A stretch of DNA of 7,424 nt from Octopus sinensis (lineage: Eukaryota): positions 1 to 7,424 of the forward strand of contig NW_021828897.1 of assembly GCF_006345805.1 (NCBI RefSeq). The letters run 5' to 3'. Below are positions 7,356-7,424 of this stretch, piece after piece. The notes beneath the pieces were generated by a model. The model had not been told where the DNA came from. It saw only the letters and a program-made list of their open reading frames with translations, and searched no databases. The number at the start of each line of letters is the position of its first letter. The first letter of the stretch is position 1. The position numbers and the translations under genes are program-made.

Positions 7356-7424
7356 GTATGTTATTATGTATGTGTATGTATGTATGTATGTATGTATGTG
7401 TGTGTGTGTGTATGTGTGTGTGTG
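7280..7424. repeat. Compound (TACA)/(TA)/(TATG)/(TG) microsatellite, probably the SINE A internal tract
   Basis: Begins directly after gaagccgtc, as in the other family A copies. Confidence 0.9.

Overview
Eukaryotic, non-genic window made almost entirely of nested transposon relics and microsatellites. The SINE families resemble those I recall from octopus/coleoid cephalopod genomes; this is recognition from memory, not a database result. No intact protein-coding gene is supported, and the supplied ORFs are microsatellite artefacts or transposon remnants. Main content: (1) a decayed maT/DD37D-like Tc1/mariner (178-1526, minus strand) whose transposase N-terminus rejoins in frame after removing two later insertions, an internally deleted DUF4817-type Tc1/mariner (493-1135, TA target-site duplication, TSD) and a 5'-truncated SINE with an 11-bp TSD; (2) four tRNA-derived SINE families (my labels A-D), including a family C copy inserted antisense into another C copy with an 18-bp TSD; (3) a degenerate initiator tRNA-Met with 3' trailer and T10, fused to a LINE-type 3' tail; (4) a LINE ORF2 C-terminus/3' end sharing that tail with SINE A; (5) two short Tc1/mariner derivatives; (6) several unclassified islands in (TA)n.
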